64,000 bases of DNA from Microcoleus sp. Lineage in GTDB: Bacteria; Cyanobacteriota; Cyanobacteriia; Cyanobacteriales; Microcoleaceae. The stretch lies in contig CP181291.1 of the NCBI GenBank assembly GCA_052279835.1, positions 5,408,001 to 5,472,000 of the forward strand, in the 5' to 3' direction. How positions within the stretch are numbered: the stretch's first letter is position 1; each line of letters begins with the position of its first letter. A program made the position numbers and the translations under genes. The notes beneath the pieces are model-generated. The model worked only from the letters and a program-made list of their open reading frames with translations, made no database searches and was not told the DNA's origin. Below, one piece after another: positions 1 to 9,502 of the stretch.

Positions 1-537
1 CAGCACGTATTTGGCTTTGTGTTTGATACTGTCAAAGATGGCTCCTATTGCATCGTGACATGACCTACCCGGTCTAAAACCATATGAGTTTGGCTCAAAT
101 TTTGCCTCCCATTCTGGCTCAAGTGCTGCTTTTGCAACTGCTTGTAAGGCGCGGTCGTACATGGTGGGTATTCCTAATGGTCTTGACTCATTGGTTCCTG
201 GTTTTGGTATCATTACCCGACGAGTCGGTTGAGATTTGCCAGTTATTTTGAGTTGACTTACTAGCTCTAATCGTTGCTTCGGGGTTAGTAATTTAATACC
301 ATCCACACCTGCTGTACGTTTGCCAGTATTGTCTTGTGTGACCCGTCGTACCGCTAAAACCTTATTAGACCATGAATTAATCAAGGTCTTTTGAAGCTTC
401 CGAACTGCTTTAACATCGCCACGCTCACTTGCTCGATAGATACGTTTTTGCAACTTGAATGTCAATCTTTCGGCTTTTCGCCAATTGATTTGATTCCATT
501 CCACCGTCAGGTTGTCCTGCGTTTTAGATTTATTCAT
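1..537 (-). CDS. ltrA: Group II intron reverse transcriptase/maturase, N-terminal 179 aa (partial; absent from the ORF track)
   Basis: Manual translation: MNKSKTQDNLTVEWNQINWRKAERLTFKLQKRIYRAS...AVRRVTQDNTGKRTAGVDG...IPKPGTNESRPLGIPTMYDRALQ...LEPEWEAKFEPNSYGFRPGRSCHDAI, i.e. the RVT_N and RT0-RT2 motifs. Confidence 0.95.
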   Translation of the reverse strand, partial: MNKSKTQDNLTVEWNQINWRKAERLTFKLQKRIYRASERGDVKAVRKLQKTLINSWSNKVLAVRRVTQDNTGKRTAGVDGIKLLTPKQRLELVSQLKITGKSQPTRRVMIPKPGTNESRPLGIPTMYDRALQAVAKAALEPEWEAKFEPNSYGFRPGRSCHDAIGAIFDSIKHKAKYVL

Positions 538-1153
538 TGCTACTAGGTTTCTATCCTTGAAGTTACCGTGTATCCGTCTGCATATCCCTGTTATTACAAC
601 CGGGCATTGGCTTCTGATACAATCCCTCTCCCATATACTATTCGTTAGCTACTTACTGGGTAATCGACATGATTCCAGAAATATATGAGAGTTACTTCGT
701 TCCAAATACACATTGTTTGAGTTTTTAGTGTGATGCTATCCACCGGGTTTATGGATGGTGCTTATAGGTCGAACACAAAATCGCCTATGCCCTAGCCTTG
801 CCTTTTGGCTTGGTCTTAATCAGTCTTTACCGTGTTTTGCAACGGTCTTATACTGATTGAGCCGTTAGACCATTAAGTATAACGATGGTTCAGACACATC
901 TTTGCTTTCGCTACACATGAACTCTTGCTCGACAGTTACCAGTTTCGGCTACCAGTAGTCTGCCTTTTATCCCCGCTTTACCTTGTTAGTTGCTACCTGA
1001 CAAAGTAGGGGATATGCTTTTACCGCTGCACTTGCGGACTGGGATTGAGGACTTGTGAATCCCGTACCTAGATGTATATTTAGTTGTACTAACCAATTGG
1101 TTAGTATAACCGTCCCTGAGTATTTCTACTCATTTAGGTTAAACGAATCGCAC
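1..1153 (-). mobile_element. Group II intron (IIB, chloroplast-like class), 5' part; runs off the left edge
   Basis: Minus strand begins GTGCGATTCG (group II 5' consensus GUGYG) at 1153, followed by ~600 nt of structured non-coding sequence and an RT ORF. Candidate EBS1 UUGUGU (773-778, hairpin loop) pairs with exon ATACAA; candidate EBS2 UACUU (875-879) pairs with exon AAGTA. Confidence 0.93.
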
Positions 1154-1168
1154 TTGTATACTACTTTT

Positions 1169-1197
1169 ATAGTACACCCTGGGAATTTTACTGTCAA
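1169..1197 (-). promoter_or_regulatory. Sigma70-type promoter facing the intron
   Basis: Minus strand TTGACA (1197-1192), 17-nt spacer, TACTAT (1174-1169); overlapped by the palindrome GTATACTA-N6-TAGTACAC (1156-1177). Confidence 0.7.
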
Positions 1198-1220
1198 GTA
1201 GTTTCAGTATCTAGGAAACC

Positions 1221-1264
1221 AAAACTAAAAAGCGTAGTGGTAGGGATAAATCCTGCCACTACGC
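1221..1264 (-). terminator. Rho-independent terminator after queD
   Basis: Minus strand GCGTAGTGGCAGG...CCTACCACTACGC hairpin followed by TTTTTAGTTTT. Confidence 0.8.
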
Positions 1265-1303
1265 AACAGTTTAGAATGCCCGTGTCTTTAGACCGGGGAA
1301 ATG

Positions 1304-2176
1304 TCAAACCCCAACCAAAACCCCTGACTGCTGCTGACTTTCACTCACCAATTCCTCTAAATCAGCGGAGTAAATTTCACAACTATTATTGGGGCTTTCA
1401 GTCAGCTTAATCTTGTATAACTCGGCTCCCAATTCACGCACTGGCGATCGTAATAATTGGCAAATACGAACCGCAATATTTTCCGCCGTCGGTACAACAT
1501 TTTCAAAATAAGAAATATCCTTATTTAAAAAAGTATGATCCAACGGTTCAACAACATAATCATCAATAGCCTTTTGCAAAGCTCCCAAATCCGCAATCAT
1601 ACCAGTCCGCTCATCAATTTCCCCTTTCACCGTCACATCTAAATGATAGTTGTGACCGTGACCATGAGGACGAGCGCACTTGCCGTAAATTTCCGAATTT
1701 GCTTCCAAGCTCAAATCTGGACGAGCTAACCGGTGGGCGGCGCTAAAATGAGTAGACACAGTTAGATAAGCTTCCATTCCGTTTCCTAAATATTCGGCCC
1801 AAAGTTCTGGGTGTTCAAACAATTGAATTTTGCTCACAGGTAAATGAGGAGCTAGCCTCCGCCAGATTTCCCGTGCGATGTTTTCGGTAGTTGGCAAAGT
1901 CTGGTGAAATTCCGGCCACGCTTCGTTAAGGTAGGAAAAATCGAGATGGTTGGTAACTTCCCGCTTAATGACGTGCTTGACATCAGACAGGTTCAACACC
2001 ATGCCGTACTCATCAAGTTCTCCTATCATAGAAACATACAGGACGTAATTGTGTCCATGTCCCGGTGCGCGGGCTGTTGGGCCAAACCGCTCAAAATTTT
2101 CGGCTTCGCTCAACTCCGGTAGCCAGTAACGATGACTCGCCGAAAACTGTGCCCGACGATTGATGATGCACTGCAT
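1304..2176 (-). CDS. queD: 6-carboxytetrahydropterin synthase (tandem PTPS domains)
   Basis: Two PTPS domains with FSASH/FSAAH, GHGHNY and LDH/PTAEN motifs; start placed at MQCI. Confidence 0.9.
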   Translation of the reverse strand: MQCIINRRAQFSASHRYWLPELSEAENFERFGPTARAPGHGHNYVLYVSMIGELDEYGMVLNLSDVKHVIKREVTNHLDFSYLNEAWPEFHQTLPTTENIAREIWRRLAPHLPVSKIQLFEHPELWAEYLGNGMEAYLTVSTHFSAAHRLARPDLSLEANSEIYGKCARPHGHGHNYHLDVTVKGEIDERTGMIADLGALQKAIDDYVVEPLDHTFLNKDISYFENVVPTAENIAVRICQLLRSPVRELGAELYKIKLTESPNNSCEIYSADLEELVSESQQQSGVLVGV

Positions 2177-2299
2177 AAAAGTCAAGTAGGGTAAGCTTGT
2201 AAAGTTCTGTAAAGGACTTACTTCTTAAGGATAAACTAATTTTTGCTGGAATTTTTCGATACTTTGAGGGTGCTGTACATGAATTGCGACCAATTTTCC

Positions 2300-2395
2300 A
2301 GATATGGGCAAGGGGCGGGCTCTCCCGCCGAGCCCACAATCAAATTTACTCTTTGGGAACAGGCATCTTGCCTGTTCTTGAGCATAGTGCAAGAT
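2300..2395. repeat. REP-like palindromic element (GAACAGGCATCTTGCCTGTTC family)
   Basis: The same palindrome and flanks recur near 7470, 49655 and 61278. Confidence 0.7.
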
Positions 2396-2644
2396 TTTAC
2401 ATTAATTCTACAAACAGATATCAGATATCAAGTACCCCTAGCAAACATCTTCTCCCCATCAGTTGCTAGCCCATCGGTTAGGAATCTTTGACATAAAAAG
2501 TGCGATCGACTTTTTTTGCAACACAGGACACCCTAAAGTTGAAGTTTTTCGGATAAACTCTGCAATAATTAGCCGTTTGCAGTTCCATGACAACCAAAAC
2601 TAATCACCTGTTCCCAACCATCTATTACCCCTTACCCAATATTA

Positions 2645-4141
2645 ATGAATTGGATTACTGTAAAAGCCAAACATTTTTTTGAACAACTATCTGGTGCGAT
2701 GATGACCCCACTATTTTATGTGGGCGATGCTCATCTTTCCATTGCTGCCATCATCAAACTAATTTTACTAGCTATAGTTTCCTTTTTTGTAGCTCGCATC
2801 ATTAGTGAAGGAATCAAGCGTAGCGTCCTAGTTAGGATGGGATTAGATCGAGGTAGTCAAGAAGCAATTTCTACCATAATTGGCTATATTTTGGCAACTT
2901 TCGGTTGCATCATCGTCCTGCAAGGCGCAGGCATCAATCTCACTTCTTTAACTGTCCTAGCCGGGGTTGTGGGTATTGGTTTTGGCTTTGGCTTGCAAAA
3001 TCTAGCCACTAACTTTATCAGCGGTCTCACTTTACTATTTGAACACCAAATTAGAGTGGGAGATTTTATTGAAATAGACAATTTATTAGGAACAGTCGAA
3101 AATATTTCGATTCGTTCCACGATTATTAAAACCATAGACGGTCTTTTTGTTATTATCCCCAATATTAAATTTGTTGAAACTAACATTATTAACTGGAGTT
3201 ATAGAGACCCTCGGTGTCGCCTACATATCCCCGTTGGCGTTGCCTACGGCACCGATCCAGTTTTAGTTACGGAAGCACTCTTAGTCGCTGCGAGGAAGGA
3301 ACCAAATGTTTTGTCACATCCTTCTCCGAAAGTTTGGTTTCGCGGATTTGGAGATAATGCTTTAAACTTTGACCTTTTGATTTGGACTGACCAGCCGCAG
3401 GAAAGCGATGCTATCAAAAGTGCAGTCAATTTTTTAATTGATTATGAATTTCGTAACCGCAACATCGAAATTCCTTTTCCTCAACAGGATTTATGGCTGC
3501 GAAATCCGCAAGAATTAACTAAAATACTTGAAAATCACAAAAATGATATTTCTGCCAATGGCAACCTTTTTCCGCACCCTGTCCCAAATGCAGCAGAATC
3601 AAATGGTCATGTTACTCCTCCGAAACAGTCTGTACCGAAGTCTCTAAATAATTGGAATTTGCGCGATTTGTTGCGACGAGTAACTTATTTTGAACAATGT
3701 ACAGATTTAGAACTACGACAATTAATTGAATATGGCTACAGACAACTGTTTCCAGCAGAACAGGTTGTCTGCAAAGAAAACGATCCAGGCGATTCTTTCT
3801 ATATTATTCTTTCGGGTTCTGTAGAAGTTCTTTCTCAAAAAACTGGTAAGTATATTGCTACGCTTCACGAGGGGGAGTTTTTTGGGGAAATATCTTTGCT
3901 GTTGGGAACTCCGAGAACCGCGACTGTTAAAACTAGCGCGGATTCAATTTTGTTTGTAGTGGAACGCCATGATTTGAAAAAATTATTAGTAGAACAGCCA
4001 AATTTAGCAGATCAAATAGCTCTCAAATTGTCGGAACGTCAACAAGCTTTGAGAGATTTGGGATTGTTGGATGACGATTCTTTTGAACAAACTCCTTTTC
4101 TTAAAGTTCGGAAACGAATTCAAGTTCTTTTTGGAATTTGA
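2645..4141 (+). CDS. MscS-family mechanosensitive channel with C-terminal cyclic-nucleotide-binding domain
   Basis: GIGFGFGLQNLATNFISG, GDFIE and IPFPQ MscS motifs; GEFFGEISLL...PRTATV cNMP motif. Confidence 0.9.
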   Translation: MNWITVKAKHFFEQLSGAMMTPLFYVGDAHLSIAAIIKLILLAIVSFFVARIISEGIKRSVLVRMGLDRGSQEAISTIIGYILATFGCIIVLQGAGINLTSLTVLAGVVGIGFGFGLQNLATNFISGLTLLFEHQIRVGDFIEIDNLLGTVENISIRSTIIKTIDGLFVIIPNIKFVETNIINWSYRDPRCRLHIPVGVAYGTDPVLVTEALLVAARKEPNVLSHPSPKVWFRGFGDNALNFDLLIWTDQPQESDAIKSAVNFLIDYEFRNRNIEIPFPQQDLWLRNPQELTKILENHKNDISANGNLFPHPVPNAAESNGHVTPPKQSVPKSLNNWNLRDLLRRVTYFEQCTDLELRQLIEYGYRQLFPAEQVVCKENDPGDSFYIILSGSVEVLSQKTGKYIATLHEGEFFGEISLLLGTPRTATVKTSADSILFVVERHDLKKLLVEQPNLADQIALKLSERQQALRDLGLLDDDSFEQTPFLKVRKRIQVLFGI

Positions 4142-4169
4142 AAGCAGGAAAACGATTTTATGGGCATTT

Positions 4170-4228
4170 GGGGGACTCGGAGGGCTTGCACTCTTGGCAC
4201 GGCCCCTACCAAGAATGAAACCGCCGTG
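4170..4228. repeat. Partial MITE (right end) with GTAG-type REP hairpin
   Basis: Ends CCCCTACCAAGAATGAAACCGCCGTG, matching the TIR of the 43640-43813 element. Confidence 0.6.
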
Positions 4229-4286
4229 TCCCAAGGGGAGAAGCAGGAAGTAGGAAGCAGGAAGCAGGTAGAGAAAATTAAGTTTT

Positions 4287-4973
4287 TTAAGCTTTTATTT
4301 TTAATTCAGCTTGTGCTTCCCGTCGCAGTTTAGTGGCAATTCTAAACAGTTCTTGACCTGTATGCAAGTGCCGATCGTCGTAGTTTAAGGTAAATAAATG
4401 TAATTCTTCTATGCCATCTCCGACTTGATTGATGCAGTAGTAAAGATGAGCGGCTACTCCGGCCACGTTAGATGGATTAGGCATGGAACGAAAAAACTTT
4501 TGAGCTTGTTTGAGAAACTCGCGACTGGCTTCGAGATAGGTTTGAAAATTTTCTATCAATTCGTCATCAAAAGGGTCTGCTGATAATTGGTCAATTTCTT
4601 TTTTGAGTGGTTTCAATATGTTGTTGAGAAATCGATTCACGGGTTTGTATACTTTAATCAGCCACTGTTCCATGTGTTCGTCGGCATCCCGTGCAGCGGC
4701 TCTTTGTTGGCGGCTGATGTTTTCGTTGGAAACGGGTTGTGCTTGCTGTACGGTGCGATCGCAAATTTGGCGATCGTAGGATTGTCTGTGCTGGGCATCT
4801 CCTAATATTTCGTAGGCTGCATTCAGGCGGACAATTTGTTCGTGACCTGCGGTTTTGCTGTTACTATCTGGATGAAATAATTTGACTAAACGGCGGTAGG
4901 CTTGTTTAATCTCGGCTTGTGTTGCGGTTGGGGTGACGTTTAGGGTTTGGTAGTGATTGCTAGGCTCAGACAC
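4287..4973 (-). CDS. DnaJ-domain (type III J) protein
   Basis: N-terminal J domain with HPD motif and a helical C-terminal domain typical of cyanobacteria. Confidence 0.88.
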   Translation of the reverse strand: MSEPSNHYQTLNVTPTATQAEIKQAYRRLVKLFHPDSNSKTAGHEQIVRLNAAYEILGDAQHRQSYDRQICDRTVQQAQPVSNENISRQQRAAARDADEHMEQWLIKVYKPVNRFLNNILKPLKKEIDQLSADPFDDELIENFQTYLEASREFLKQAQKFFRSMPNPSNVAGVAAHLYYCINQVGDGIEELHLFTLNYDDRHLHTGQELFRIATKLRREAQAELKIKA

Positions 4974-5242
4974 GCTTTTATTTCCTTGAAGTTTGATGAT
5001 TTACGCAAAAATCATTGACAATAGTTTCATGTTTTGCTATGATTTCGGTTATTTACTTGAAACACAATAAATCCTTAAGTGTAAGTAAAAAACCTAATTT
5101 TTCCAATTATTATAAATCTGTTTGAAAAAAACCGGGGTTGTTGAGAAATTTGTAGTGCAAAGCCGCGACTTCTTGAAGAAGTCGCGGCTTTAAGTTTTTG
5201 GTTTTTCCGGCAAAATCAATGGAATCTGTCTAGCTAAAACTC

Positions 5243-5818
5243 TTACTTGTGGCCAGATTTGGGAATTTCCACCACCGGTGCATCCACTCCCAGGAGCAAA
5301 TCGTTAGGATTAATAATCTCCACCACAGGCTCGTTTAATGCCACCACCAAACCGTCATATTCAGGATTAACGGGGGATTGAGCAAACTGGGGAGCGAAGG
5401 ATTGGCGGCCACCACTGACACCAGACACTACCGCGACCAACAAAGCTGCGATCGCGCATCCACCCCAGACTATCATCCGTTTCGGCTTGCGTTCAACTCG
5501 CTGCAACACCTTGGCGGCCAAATGCTGGGCCGATTGTGCCGAAGGCGGTACCGGAAGAGACTGAAAACTCTGCTGCATAGTTAGCAGTCGCGAGTACAAA
5601 GCTTTAGTGGCGGGGTCCGTTGCCAGCCATTCCTCAACTTGCCGCCGTTCGGCAGCAGTGACTTCGCCATCGAGGTAGGCGCTGAGCATTTCAAAGCGAT
5701 CGCAAGTCATAGTAGTTACATTCCCCTGAGCATGATTTTTTTGAGCTTGATGCCTAGCGAGTGAATCCCCGCCACCTTGGTGATGCTGATTGTGTTCCGA
5801 TTCAAAGTTAGATTTCAT
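5243..5818 (-). CDS. Anti-sigma factor (zf-HC2-like domain plus TM), partner of SigG
   Basis: DRFEMLSAYLDGE motif, one TM helix, directly downstream of an ECF sigma gene. Confidence 0.88.
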   Translation of the reverse strand: MKSNFESEHNQHHQGGGDSLARHQAQKNHAQGNVTTMTCDRFEMLSAYLDGEVTAAERRQVEEWLATDPATKALYSRLLTMQQSFQSLPVPPSAQSAQHLAAKVLQRVERKPKRMIVWGGCAIAALLVAVVSGVSGGRQSFAPQFAQSPVNPEYDGLVVALNEPVVEIINPNDLLLGVDAPVVEIPKSGHK

Positions 5819-5960
5819 AATTTATACTGCTTCCTCACATTCGGGAAAGTATCACCTCTCCCTTAGCCTTATTTACAGCTTATTTATATTGACAAATAGA
5901 AGTTTTGATGTTAGCTAAAACTTCACCAAATCTTCTGTTGTTACCTGGAAAACCACTAGA

Positions 5961-6620
5961 CTAATTACCGTCTAGATATTTTTGCAATTGCAACTGCAAT
6001 CTTTGGCGAGCTCTGGCAATTCTAGACTTGACAGTGCCGAGAGAAACTCCTGTCATTTCAGCTATTTCTTCATAGGCTAACCCTTGGATTTCTCTCAAAA
6101 CAATGGTCGTGCGGAATACTTCTGGTAAATCCGCGATCGCCTCCCGCAACTGGTCGTAAAATTCTCTGGTCGTCAAATCTTCCTCCGGTCCCGGACAATC
6201 TGCCGGAATCTCCCAATCCACTTCCCCATCTTCGAGAGTACGAGGTACGTCCAGGGAGAGGGGAGTTCGGATGCGCTTGCGCTTCCGCAGCTCATCATAA
6301 AATAAATTTGTGGCAATGCGACTCAGCCAGCCCCTAAATTTGACAGGCTCTTGTAAGCGATTGATATTTCGATAAACTCGAATCCAGACTTCCTGAGCCA
6401 AATCAGCGCGGTCTTGCCAGTCAGGGGCCAAGTGATAGAGAACGCGATCGACATGGGATTGATATCGCTTCAACAGTTCTGAAAAAGCAGCGCTTTCAGG
6501 TAGATTTCCTTCCTGACACCGCAACACTAAGTCATAGTTAGAGAGTTTTTCCGCTGGCAATTGCACTCTTTGAACGGTCGCCACAACCGCAGACCAGGAC
6601 ACTGAAATAAAGTCACTCAT
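5961..6620 (-). CDS. sigG: ECF sigma factor SigG (RpoE-like)
   Basis: DLAQEVWIRVYR, FRGWLSRIATNLFYDELRK and YEEIAEMTGVSLGTVKSRIARAR; start placed at MSDFISVSWS. Confidence 0.92.
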   Translation of the reverse strand: MSDFISVSWSAVVATVQRVQLPAEKLSNYDLVLRCQEGNLPESAAFSELLKRYQSHVDRVLYHLAPDWQDRADLAQEVWIRVYRNINRLQEPVKFRGWLSRIATNLFYDELRKRKRIRTPLSLDVPRTLEDGEVDWEIPADCPGPEEDLTTREFYDQLREAIADLPEVFRTTIVLREIQGLAYEEIAEMTGVSLGTVKSRIARARQRLQLQLQKYLDGN

Positions 6621-6709
6621 GGGTGGAATCGGGTCATCGAACATTCCATGATTTTTGACGTTGCGCTATCTTCCGAAGTTCCCAAATAGGCCAAGACAGA
6701 CGGGAGAGT

Positions 6710-6771
6710 GGGGGATCACTCGGAGGGCCGGCACTCTTGGCACTGCCCCTACCAAGAATGAAACAGCCCTG
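6710..6771. repeat. Partial MITE (right end) with REP hairpin
   Basis: Near-copy of 4170-4228, ending AAGAATGAAACAGCCCTG. Confidence 0.6.
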
Positions 6772-6798
6772 GGGCTAGGGGGGGGTGACTTCTTCCTT

Positions 6799-7287
6799 CT
6801 AACCAGCAACTTCGCACGCACCAATATTAACCCAACTACTAGAACCATCAGCCCAATGTTCCTTTTTCCAAATAGGAACATTATGTTTGAGCGTGTCTAT
6901 CCCGTACTGACAAGCTGCAAAGGCTTCCCGTCGGTGGGGACAGCCCACGGCTACCAACACGCTGATTTCCCCCACCTCCAAGCGTCCGACGCGGTGATGA
7001 ATGACTACTCGATTGACATCAGCCCACTGGCGACGAATTTCCGTGGCGATTTGCTGGAATACTCTCACCGCCATTGGTTCGTAAGCTTGGTACTCTAGGG
7101 CAATTACAGGTTTACCGTCAGTTTGGTTGCGGACAGTGCCGCTCATTAATACCACCGCTCCGTTGGCTTTGTCATCTGCCAAAGTGTAGATTTCTTCTAC
7201 AGATAAAGGGGCAAAAGTAATGGCAAAACTGTCTTGCCGATTGCGTTGAGGAACTGTGTTGATGGAAAGAGCAGCGCCAGAATTCAT
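6799..7287 (-). CDS. moaE: Molybdopterin synthase catalytic subunit
   Basis: GAVVLMSGTVRN, LEYQAYEPMA, HRVGRLEVGE and PIWKKE motifs. Confidence 0.95.
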   Translation of the reverse strand: MNSGAALSINTVPQRNRQDSFAITFAPLSVEEIYTLADDKANGAVVLMSGTVRNQTDGKPVIALEYQAYEPMAVRVFQQIATEIRRQWADVNRVVIHHRVGRLEVGEISVLVAVGCPHRREAFAACQYGIDTLKHNVPIWKKEHWADGSSSWVNIGACEVAG

Positions 7288-7446
7288 GGTGTGGAAATAG
7301 TGCTGGAGAACTTAATTTATCTTGACATAATCCCAGTGGCGATCGCTCGATGTCGATCAAATCTAAATTATTTTGGAGCGCACTGTAACCGCTCGATCGG
7401 AAAAGTGTAGGCGATCGACAGTACCATTTATCTATCCAGGAATCAA

Positions 7447-7517
7447 TAGACATCTCCCATAATTATTGTGGAACAGGCAGGATGCCTGTTCTTGACAAGC
7501 TTTTTAGGAGATGTCTA
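7447..7517. mobile_element. MITE with TA-bounded TIRs carrying a REP palindrome
   Basis: TAGACATCTCC...GGAGATGTCTA inverted ends enclosing GGAACAGGCAGGATGCCTGTTC. Confidence 0.65.
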
Positions 7518-7834
7518 ATCTCCAACCCCAAGCCATCTGTTGATTCCCATCACAATGATACAATTACCTGAAATTCGATCGTCCGAGCATTCCCCCGTCA
7601 CCCAAGATTTTCAGCAGCCGATGTAAACTTTATTGATTTTTTTGCCATACAAGCTGCTGACATGGCATCATATACCTGTGCAGGATTCAGGCAAATAGTC
7701 TAAGATTCGGTAACAGCAAGACCCTAACAGTTCTGTGTGCCTTCTCTGACACATAAGTTAATAATTAGAGCTTGTAATCGATTTTTTGATCTGAGTCTCC
7801 AGCGACAACAGTTAATAACAATCACGAGGAAACT

Positions 7835-8230
7835 ATGGAAGCACTAGCATTGAGCCACTCTTTTGTTGCTTATGAATCTCCAGAGTCTGAACTCCAACTC
7901 AAGTCCTTAGACGAACTGGGTTTAAAAATTCCTAATTCTGCATGGGTAGGGGTTGTAGGTATGGCAGTAGCCTTATCTGTTGTGAGTATTCCTGGGGAAG
8001 CCCAGGCAAATTGTGGATATCGCAAATGCGGTGGTCATCATAAGTATCACAGCTCTACCCAAGTTGTGACCAATGGCGGCCGACTGAATATCCGCCACCG
8101 ACCCACTAAATGTTCTCATGTCATTGGCAAGTTATATGATGGAGATTATGTGGCATTGAGTGGTCGTTATAAACATGGCTGGGCCCAACTGGCTGACGGT
8201 GGCTGGGTATCTGCTTCCTGGATTCAATAA
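7835..8230 (+). CDS. Secreted SH3b-domain protein
   Basis: Hydrophobic signal-like segment ending AQA; LNIRHRP...GWAQL..GGWVS..WI SH3_3 pattern; GAGGA RBS. Confidence 0.8.
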   Translation: MEALALSHSFVAYESPESELQLKSLDELGLKIPNSAWVGVVGMAVALSVVSIPGEAQANCGYRKCGGHHKYHSSTQVVTNGGRLNIRHRPTKCSHVIGKLYDGDYVALSGRYKHGWAQLADGGWVSASWIQ

Positions 8231-8322
8231 ATCTTAACTAGAAAAAATTGTTTTTTTAGAAAGATGTTTAATCGTTACCAAGTCGAGCCTGGTAACGATT
8301 ATTTTCCATAGCAACCGCAAGT

Positions 8323-9303
8323 TTAAACTTTACCGCCACCGATCAGGTAAAGTAAGGCCATCCGCACCGCCACCCCGCTGGTAACTTGCTGAGAAATGAG
8401 ACTAAATTGGGGATCGTCCATCAAATCGGAACTAATTTCCACGCCACGATTCACCGGGCCTGGGTGTAAAACCTTGACATCGGGTTTGCAGAGTTGGAGT
8501 CGATCGCGCGTAATCCCATACAGAGAATGATACTCTCGTAAACTCGGTAGCAAATTCTGGCTCATCCGTTCCTTTTGCAGGCGCAAAGTCATCACAAAAT
8601 CAGCATCGGCCAAAGCAGGTTCGAGATGCCAGTGCAAACATAACTTGCCTTCCCTACCTTGGCCGCACTCAGCGAACAAAAGTGGCAGTAAAGTAGGCGG
8701 TCCGGCGAGGTGAACTTGAGCCCCGGAAGCCGTTAAACTCCAGATATTAGACCGGGCTACCCGCGAATGCAAAATATCCCCAACCACAGCAATTTTTTTG
8801 CCTGCTAAAAGTTTCAGTCTCGGACGTTCGGGATCTAAAAGAGAACAGATAGTAAAGAGGTCTAACAAACCTTGGGAGGGGTGTTCGTGCTGACCATCTC
8901 CAGCATTGAGAACACTGACTCTCGAACCCAATCGGTCCATTTCCGAGGCAATGGTGCTAGGCACTCCCGCCTGTCCGTGGCGGATTACCATCAAATCCGT
9001 GCCCATGGCCAGATAAGTCTTAGCCGTATCGAGAATCGTCTCTCCCTTGGTGAGAGAAGAACTACCGGGGGTAAAATTGAGGGTATCGGCTGAAAGTCGC
9101 TTCGCTGCCAACTCAAAACTATTGCGAGTCCGGGTAGAAGGCTCAAAAAACAAATTCGCCACGACTTGACCCTGCAAAGCTGGCACTTTCTTGGTGCGAC
9201 GGCCGAGTACCTCCCGAAAACTCGCCGCCGTTTGCAGCACTGTATCGTATTCGTCGGAAGTAAAATCAGCCAGAGTGAGAATGTGGCGCCGAGTCCAAGT
9301 CAT
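8323..9303 (-). CDS. pyrB: Aspartate carbamoyltransferase catalytic subunit
   Basis: [24 protein letters not shown] and [11 protein letters not shown] motifs. Confidence 0.97.
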   Translation of the reverse strand: MTWTRRHILTLADFTSDEYDTVLQTAASFREVLGRRTKKVPALQGQVVANLFFEPSTRTRNSFELAAKRLSADTLNFTPGSSSLTKGETILDTAKTYLAMGTDLMVIRHGQAGVPSTIASEMDRLGSRVSVLNAGDGQHEHPSQGLLDLFTICSLLDPERPRLKLLAGKKIAVVGDILHSRVARSNIWSLTASGAQVHLAGPPTLLPLLFAECGQGREGKLCLHWHLEPALADADFVMTLRLQKERMSQNLLPSLREYHSLYGITRDRLQLCKPDVKVLHPGPVNRGVEISSDLMDDPQFSLISQQVTSGVAVRMALLYLIGGGKV

Positions 9304-9502
9304 AGAGTTAAGTCGAGAGTAGCAAGTTTCAAGTGAACAAACCTGACGGTCAACTGAGTACAGTTAGACCGCAGGCTTCTTTTTCCTTTTTTGCAAAGGC
9401 TGTTTTGAGTGACGGAGTTCCCCCGCCACTTTCTTAAAAGACTCCTGAATGCGGATTTGTGTACTGCCGCCCAGAATGTTCGATCGAGATTTAGTGATAA
9501 TC

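Noticed and set aside
1..537. RT as a retron or diversity-generating retroelement
   Set aside because: The RVT_N domain, GTGCG boundary and EBS/IBS pairing indicate a group II intron; no TR/VR pair was seen.
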